Part shown: in pieces, positions 57,850 to 64,000 of the stretch
Numbering within the stretch: the first letter of the stretch is position 1
Layout: each line of letters begins with the position of its first letter
Sequence record: OR770614.1
Strand: one strand, 5' to 3'
DNA length: 64,000 bases
Source: Staphylococcus phage vB_StaM_PB50
Translations under genes and position numbers: made by a program
Notes under the pieces: generated by a model
Told to the model about the DNA's origin: nothing
Database searches by the model: none
What the model saw: the letters and a program-made list of their open reading frames with translations, nothing else

Positions 57850-59793
57850 TTAGAAACTATTACGATCATTATCTATTTCTAATTTTAGTACTTTACCTTT
57901 TGGATCATTAACTGATAAGTTTTTCTCATCTTCAGTGATAACCCAAATAATATCTTTTAATACACCATAATCAACTTCCGGCTCTCCAAAACCATCTGAG
58001 AAGAATAATAAAATGTCATCTTTTGTTACATTGTATTTATTTTTATTATTATCATCATTTAAATAATCAAATACAGAACTAAAGTAAGTTCCTCCTCGAC
58101 CCATTACATAATTATTAAATTGGTTAGGTCTAGTTACTTCTACAACTTCTTCTACATCTGTAGAGAAGAATAATAAAACTAAATCAATCTTCATATCTTT
58201 ACTGATATAATATAATTCAGCAATAATTTCTTCAATTTCAGTTTTACTCATTGAACCTGAAGTATCAATTGCTGCAAACACTTTTCCTAATTTCTTACCA
58301 GGTAAAGTTCCTCTAACATCATTACGATAAGGTTGTCTTCTATTACGTCTTAAAATAGTTTTTCTAGTGTCTGCACGTTTCTTACCAACTTTAGATTTTA
58401 AGAAATCTTGCCATCTAATTTTTGGTTTACGTTTCAGTATTTCAATTTGTTCTTTAATATGAGCTGGAGTATCACCTCTACTATTGCTAACAGCGTTAGT
58501 TAATAATTCATGAAGTTGATCTTTCATTCTTTCTTCAGTAGCATCATTTTGTAATGGATTAACATCAAATCTATCTTCATATTTTTTATTACCTTCTAAT
58601 GAAGAAGACATAGTCATATTACTTCCCATTTCACTAATATTTTGACCATTGCTCATTCCACTATCTTCACCTTGCATACCTTCAGAACCTTGCTGCATAC
58701 TATTTTGAATCATCTGATTTAATAAGTTTGATTTCATTTCTTGAATTTTGTCAGATAAATCAGAATTATTAGATTGATCAAAATCATTATTATTACTATT
58801 ATCTTTCATAGAATCTAATAAATCATTCATCTTTTCTTCAATTTCTTTTTGACTTTTAGTATCATTACTTTCTTTTTCATTATTACCATTCAAATCATCT
58901 AACTGATTCATATAATCTTGAGCTTGTTTTTCAAAGTCATCAATATCTGAATCATCAATTTTATTATTGGAAAGTTGTTTTGATAAATCATTCTTTTCTT
59001 CTATATCTTTTAATTTATCCAACATATCTTTCAACTGTTCATTTTCTTGTTCTAATGATTCTTCGCTTCTTTCATTTTGTTTCTCAGAAGCTTCTTGAAT
59101 CATATTTTGAATAGATTCTCCCATAGATTCAAACAAATCTTCTTCTTCATTTTCTTTATATACATCCACTAATTCTTTAATATAATAATGAGAGCCATCT
59201 TTATGATTTAATTTAAAATCTGGTTTATTAAATTTATCTTGAATATACTTTTCAATCTTATCTACATTAGGTGCAATTTCAGGTAATACTTTTTTACTAG
59301 TATTAGCTTCACGTTTACCTAATTGGAAGTCTTCATCAATTTCAAATATAGATAAATCCATACCTAAATGACTTATCATTTTTAATTGTTGATCTTCTTT
59401 ATTCTTTAACATTCTAAATTCAATCAAATGTCCATGAGCAACATGCATAGCTTCATGTAGGAACATAGAAATAATTTCTTCATCTTTATCAACTGTAGTA
59501 GCTAATAGTATTGGATTAATACCAATTCTATATCCTTTATCTTCATCATATACAGAGAATGTAGCTTCAGGTACTTCTAAATCAATAATCTTTTCTACAG
59601 TCATTAACATAACTCCATAGATATCTACATCTGAAGTATATAATACAAATATACTATTCTCCATTAATTCTTTACCAAGTTTAACTAATTTTTCTTTATC
59701 ATAACTTCTATCTTCTCTAATAGAATCTTGAACTTCATCAAGTATATCTCTTCTAATAACTTTAATAGTACGTTTTTCCATTATCCAATTCAT
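57850..59793 (-). CDS. protein with an N-terminal HEXXH metallopeptidase-like domain, a long acidic coiled linker and a C-terminal von Willebrand A (MIDAS) domain (DUF2201-like architecture)
   Basis: FLHEAMHVAHGHL (HEXXH). C-terminal KVFAAIDTSGSMSKTEIEEIIAELYYIS ... LLFFSTDVEEV (DxSxS MIDAS and VWA beta strands). Confidence 0.65.
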   Translation of the reverse strand: MNWIMEKRTIKVIRRDILDEVQDSIREDRSYDKEKLVKLGKELMENSIFVLYTSDVDIYGVMLMTVEKIIDLEVPEATFSVYDEDKGYRIGINPILLATTVDKDEEIISMFLHEAMHVAHGHLIEFRMLKNKEDQQLKMISHLGMDLSIFEIDEDFQLGKREANTSKKVLPEIAPNVDKIEKYIQDKFNKPDFKLNHKDGSHYYIKELVDVYKENEEEDLFESMGESIQNMIQEASEKQNERSEESLEQENEQLKDMLDKLKDIEEKNDLSKQLSNNKIDDSDIDDFEKQAQDYMNQLDDLNGNNEKESNDTKSQKEIEEKMNDLLDSMKDNSNNNDFDQSNNSDLSDKIQEMKSNLLNQMIQNSMQQGSEGMQGEDSGMSNGQNISEMGSNMTMSSSLEGNKKYEDRFDVNPLQNDATEERMKDQLHELLTNAVSNSRGDTPAHIKEQIEILKRKPKIRWQDFLKSKVGKKRADTRKTILRRNRRQPYRNDVRGTLPGKKLGKVFAAIDTSGSMSKTEIEEIIAELYYISKDMKIDLVLLFFSTDVEEVVEVTRPNQFNNYVMGRGGTYFSSVFDYLNDDNNKNKYNVTKDDILLFFSDGFGEPEVDYGVLKDIIWVITEDEKNLSVNDPKGKVLKLEIDNDRNSF

Positions 59794-59799
59794 CTCCTA

Positions 59800-59854
59800 G
59801 TATTTATAAATAAAAAAATAAATAAAGATAATGGAGAACTTAATCTCCATTATC
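59800..59854 (-). terminator. hairpin ATAATGGAGAACTTAATCTCCATTAT with U-rich tract on the minus strand, after the AAA+ gene
   Basis: Inverted repeat at 59829-59854. Confidence 0.45.
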
Positions 59855-59863
59855 TAAATTATA

Positions 59864-61410
59864 TTATCCTAAAGAACCTGTCATTTTTTCATATAGTTTA
59901 AATGCTTCATCACTATATAAATCATTATCAGTAAATTTATCATATAGAATTTGGTCTGTATCTTCTGTTGATTCTGATAATCTACTAATTAATCTTACTG
60001 ATGTAGCATTAGTTTCAGTTTTACCTAATAATAAAGCTTCTACTGCAACTTGAATAACTTTCTCATCAATTAAGTCTGGATTATTTTTAAGATAGTTAAT
60101 AATTGCAGTTTTAAGTGTCAATTGACGGATTGTAGATTGACCTTCAATAACTTCAATGTGCTGTTTCAATAATTCTTTTCTTGGAGTCATTACACCTCTA
60201 TCATATTCAAATAGAATATCAGAAGGTCTTGGAAGCTTAGCTTGATTATCAATATAGAATTTAGTAAATTTATTAGCTAAAGACATATTAATTTTACCCT
60301 CTGCAGAAATCTGTAATGCTTTTTGTTTATTACGTCTATTTTCTTCTGGACTTCCTGTTTTTAATAAATCACTATCTTCAATAGTATATACAAGATTACT
60401 TAACATTTCCCAAGAACGAGGGTTAGTATCGTTAAAGTCAACATTCGCTTCTTTATTAGGATTGAATAAATATTCATAACTTTCTTTTTCAGTAATAAAT
60501 TCTAATACAGAAGGATGAATATTTTGTTTTTCAGAATCTGGTTTATATTGAGTTGCATATTGTACGAAACTAGTCATATCTGGTTCCATATGAATGTGAA
60601 GTAAACGAGAAGATACTGCATTATCCATAGATGTTGAAGAATAGTCTGTATCTTCAAAACCAGGCATATCAGAACTTGGATTTTGTGCTAGAGCAATTTT
60701 AACATTGTCTGGTAAATAATATCCATTAACTTGACGTTCTAATAAGAAGTTCATAAGTTCAGATTGTACTTGTTGATCTGTACGAGCAATTTCATCAACA
60801 AATAGAAGTGTATAAGGTCTAGGAATTAATTCTAATACTTTACTAATATAATAACCTTTACCTAATTTATCTTTTAGTTCTTTACCAGTAAGTTCTTTAA
60901 AGATTTCTTCTAATTCTGGTACAGATTTATTTCTTAATTCTGCATGAGTATATTTAACATTTTTAACTTTAGCTTTGTTAAATACTTTATTCACATAGTT
61001 TTCTTGAGTATCTTCATAATATTCAACTAGATTATCTTCTTTAGATAAATCTTTATAAATTTCTTTAAGTTCATCTAGTTTCATATTAGCTAAATCTCTT
61101 TGAGAATATTGAACTCCACCATTAGCTTGATACTCTTTATAAGCTTCATAAAGTCTATTTGCTTCTTTAATTTTATCCATTGGAGCGTATACAACTTCAT
61201 TATCTTTAGGTGAAAGCATTGGCATTGAAAGCTCACCTTCTTTTAAGTTGTTAGCTGCAATAGTAATGAAGTTCATATTTTCTTCTCTAGCAATTTCTTT
61301 GAATAATTGAGTCTTACCGATTCCTCCGTGTCCGATGATATTCACCAAGTTATCCGCCTCAAAGTTTAATTTTGCTACTAATTTTACATCACTGTATTTT
61401 GTTACTGACA
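59864..61410 (-). CDS. MoxR-like AAA+ ATPase with a long C-terminal extension (start moved to ATG 61410)
   Basis: Walker A IIGHGGIGKTQL. Walker B and sensor LLFVDEIARTDQQVQSELMNFLLERQV (MoxR pattern hhhDEInRa...LL..m.E.qV). RBS AAGAGGAGAG is 8 nt before ATG 61410; the ORF-track start at 61561 lacks an RBS. Confidence 0.7.
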
Positions 61411-61487
61411 TATCCAAATCTCTCCTCTTAATTAAAATTTTTATTTTATATTTGAGAATTAAGTCTAATAATAACTCATTCTCAATA

Positions 61488-61510
61488 AAATAATATATAT
61501 TTAAAATATT
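61488..61510 (-). promoter_or_regulatory. conserved AT-rich motif variant (AATAATATATATTTAAAATATTA), candidate promoter for the AAA+/VWA operon
   Basis: Lies about 80-100 nt upstream of ATG 61410. Confidence 0.3.
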
Positions 61511-61597
61511 ATTTGAAAATTCTAATTTTTTATCTATATTGATAAATGCTTTAACAACCATTTATTATACCAATAAAATGAACGGAAGTGAAATTAA

Positions 61598-63826
61598 ATG
61601 CTTATACGTAACGTAGGGAACTCGAATATGGGAAAGAATGATGTTCCTGAAATGGCTGAAGAAATACAATATTCCAAATCAAATAAACTATTATTAAATA
61701 ATATATCTGAATGGTATATATTTGAAAAGCAATCAGTATTCGGTTTTCCATTATTAAAGAAATATGAAAATGTATTAAAGGCAGATTTGATAGATTATGA
61801 ATTAGATAAAGCATATCATTATAAACCTGAATATCTTTCCAATGAATTATATGGAACAACAGATCTATGGTATTTATTATTATTCGTAAATGATATGCAG
61901 ACAGTGGATCAATTTAATACAGATACTGTTAAAGTATTCACAGAAACTGTAATTAACGATTTAAATAAGATTATCAATAGTGAAAACGATGTATTAGGAT
62001 CTGAAACTAATCCTAAACCAATATATAAACATATGATTAAAAGTACTGAAGAAGATTCAGACAGAGTAACACCTAAATACAGAAATCCTAAAATTATACC
62101 TTTTGTACCTGAATTAGACTTTGATGATAAATTAGAGGATATTACTTCAGATCGCTATTTAAGAGAAAGATATGAAGTTCATGAACACAAATTCTATAGA
62201 CCTGATACAGATAAAAAAGAATTGGTTGAACCTTTTACACTTAATAATGATGGTTTAAAAACTTTACCTCATTTATTCTATAAGAAAGGTTTCTCTCGTA
62301 AATTTAAAGGTAAAATGTATTTCAAACCTGGTGAAAAATACTTATTTGCTCCATTACAAAATGGAACTTCTAAATTAAATATAACAGATAGTAAAGGGTT
62401 TAATATAATTAATGCTACAGAAAATTACCAATTTAAAGCTCCAACTGCTATATTTGATTTAAGAAAAGCTAATGATGAAGATGTACAGCATTCTAATTTA
62501 GAATCAACTAGATTATCTTCGGTAAGTTTTAATAAAGAAACTGGTCTTTATGAAGTTAAAGGAGATATGTTCAGTAAATCAGATAAAGAAGAAGGTGATT
62601 CAGCTTCTTTTGTCAAAATAACTCTAGATGATGAAAATGAAAATCCTAGAATGAATATCAAGCGTTTACTTAAATATGATTTCTTTGCATTTAATTTAGG
62701 TTATTCAACTAATTTTAAAGATAATAATCATCCAACAGCTAAATTAGTTTATGATATTACATTAACTTCTAATACTGGTAAAGTTAAGAAAGTTGAAAAC
62801 ATATTCCCTTCAACTAATAAAAATTATAATACTCAAGGTCAAAAATCTTATCTTAAGCATATGATGTATAATATGAAGAATATTAAGAAAATGGAGATAG
62901 AGGTTAAATTAACTAATTTTAATAATGAAGTTGATCCAAATGAAATTATACAAGTTAGCCTTGATGAACTTGAAATAGCTGGAATTAGTCATGAAGAATT
63001 TAATAACACATTTATAGTGACTAAAGAAGATTGGTATGATGTGGAATTGGAATACAACTATTCATTAAAAAATCCAGATGGATCACAGTATTTCTTTGAC
63101 GAAAGTCGTTCAGGAATCTTCTTTAATCCTATGATAGTTGCTTTACGTTCTTATGGAACTTATCCAGTTGATACACAGACATATACAGGATTTTACAATA
63201 AATCAATTACTAAACAATCATTAGGAAACTATGGTTACATTAGCTTTAAAGATGGAACAACTAAATTTGATGATGATTCTTTAAACTATGTATATAGTCA
63301 AAATTTCAAATTCCCTAAAAATTATATTATGACATTTAAAGTTATTAATAAAAATAATACTGGTGGAGCAGGAATTGTATTCGATTATAATTCTAATCTT
63401 AACTCAGGTTATATGTTGTGGATAGCTTCTCAACAAGAAAATTGGGATGTACCTTATTTTGATTTAGATGATAAAGATGTGATGGATGATCCTGATCGTG
63501 TAATGAAAACTGGTTTCTATGAAATTGATAAAGTATTTGGAAAACCTAAAGAAATATTCCAAGATGAAAAAGAAAAACAACTATATGTAACTAATCATGT
63601 ACCTTTAGATATTAATAATAAATATATTAAGATTATAAAGAATGAAAATAGAATTAGAATTTTTATAGACAAAAATAAGGATTTTAATTATAAAAAACCT
63701 GATGTTGATATTAAAGATATTGAAAATATCAATATGGAAGGTCATATGGGATTCATATCAGCCTTTTCAGGTTTAGAAGTTCAATTCGATAGCTACTATG
63801 AATATAAAGATAAATATGATGACTAA
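61598..63826 (+). CDS. large hypothetical protein (742 aa), possibly structural
   Basis: Long ORF; the C-terminal region GGAGIVFDYNSNLNSGYMLWIAS is jellyroll/LamG-like. Followed by a strong terminator. Confidence 0.5.
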   Translation: MLIRNVGNSNMGKNDVPEMAEEIQYSKSNKLLLNNISEWYIFEKQSVFGFPLLKKYENVLKADLIDYELDKAYHYKPEYLSNELYGTTDLWYLLLFVNDMQTVDQFNTDTVKVFTETVINDLNKIINSENDVLGSETNPKPIYKHMIKSTEEDSDRVTPKYRNPKIIPFVPELDFDDKLEDITSDRYLRERYEVHEHKFYRPDTDKKELVEPFTLNNDGLKTLPHLFYKKGFSRKFKGKMYFKPGEKYLFAPLQNGTSKLNITDSKGFNIINATENYQFKAPTAIFDLRKANDEDVQHSNLESTRLSSVSFNKETGLYEVKGDMFSKSDKEEGDSASFVKITLDDENENPRMNIKRLLKYDFFAFNLGYSTNFKDNNHPTAKLVYDITLTSNTGKVKKVENIFPSTNKNYNTQGQKSYLKHMMYNMKNIKKMEIEVKLTNFNNEVDPNEIIQVSLDELEIAGISHEEFNNTFIVTKEDWYDVELEYNYSLKNPDGSQYFFDESRSGIFFNPMIVALRSYGTYPVDTQTYTGFYNKSITKQSLGNYGYISFKDGTTKFDDDSLNYVYSQNFKFPKNYIMTFKVINKNNTGGAGIVFDYNSNLNSGYMLWIASQQENWDVPYFDLDDKDVMDDPDRVMKTGFYEIDKVFGKPKEIFQDEKEKQLYVTNHVPLDINNKYIKIIKNENRIRIFIDKNKDFNYKKPDVDIKDIENINMEGHMGFISAFSGLEVQFDSYYEYKDKYDD

Positions 63827-63840
63827 AAAGCAGTATAATT

Positions 63841-63887
63841 GAGGTAATGACATTAATTTGTCATTACCTCTTATTTTTTTTTTTTGC
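63841..63887 (+). terminator. rho-independent terminator (GAGGTAATGACATTAATTTGTCATTACCTC plus T14)
   Basis: 12-bp stem followed by CTTATTTTTTTTTTTTT. Confidence 0.75.
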
Positions 63888-64000
63888 TGGGTCAACTTTT
63901 AACTCATATTTTTTCTAACTAAATAATCCTTAATTTCTTTAACATCATATTTTTTAGCTACTTCGAAAATAAGCTCTCTAAGTTCTTTTACTTCTTTTTC

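Noticed and set aside
59864-61561. ORF-track N-terminal extension of the AAA+ ATPase (start at 61561)
   Set aside because: There is no RBS at 61561. A strong RBS (AAGAGGAGAG) precedes the internal ATG at 61410, and the conserved promoter-like motif lies in the supposed extension.
1-64000. tRNA, rRNA, integrase or transposase genes; prophage attachment sites
   Set aside because: I saw no cloverleaf-compatible GC-containing segments, rRNA-like conserved blocks, or tyrosine/serine recombinase or DDE motifs. The few GC-containing intergenic structures are the terminator hairpins and intron cores. The region looks like a virulent phage genome, not an integrated element.

Overview
This 64-kb window is very AT-rich and looks like part of a large (jumbo-type) virulent phage of a low-GC Gram-positive host. 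The host guess rests on two endolysin genes, one amidase plus SH3b and one CHAP plus SH3b, of the kind seen in Staphylococcus phages.

The plus strand from 1 to 16 kb carries the 3' part of a split multisubunit RNA polymerase beta-like gene. After it come structural-like genes: zinc-ribbon proteins, a collagen-like fibre protein, two tandem LamG-like proteins, a protein with Big_2 Ig-like repeats, and the two endolysins.

The minus strand from 16 to 61 kb carries replication and transcription genes. These include an SF2 helicase, an RNAP beta-prime C-terminal fragment, a family-B DNA polymerase encoded as two separately translated halves about 20 kb apart, an SbcC/Rad50-like ATPase, and an RNAP beta-prime N-terminal fragment that contains the DFDGD catalytic motif. 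A MoxR-type AAA+ ATPase sits next to a protein with a VWA domain and a metallopeptidase-like N-terminus.

Two features stand out. First, eight copies of one very compact, ORF-less group I intron family are present, 136 to 183 nt each, with one larger copy (761 nt) that carries an HNH homing endonuclease gene. All copies have recognisable P, Q, R and S core elements. They interrupt the beta-like gene twice, the beta-prime N gene three times (one cuts between DFDG and D), and the DNA polymerase three times. Second, a tandem array of at least 14 divergent paralogous genes lies on the minus strand (13 between 33.5 and 44.7 kb, one more at 52.4 kb). Their products share a conserved N-terminal KYF-type start and a strongly conserved C-terminal tail of the form F-x-E-I-T-D-E-K-E-I-K-x-Y-L-V-K-x-N-F-K. 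I cannot assign this family to any known family from sequence alone.

Other recurring elements are a hairpin used as a terminator in at least four places (CCCAATACC, loop, GGTATTGGG), a conserved AT-rich motif of about 20 nt upstream of at least eight minus-strand genes that may be a promoter, and several classical rho-independent terminators. I did not recognise any rRNA, tRNA, CRISPR array, integrase or transposase.

All coordinates and junctions were read by eye. Intron ends are uncertain by a few nucleotides.
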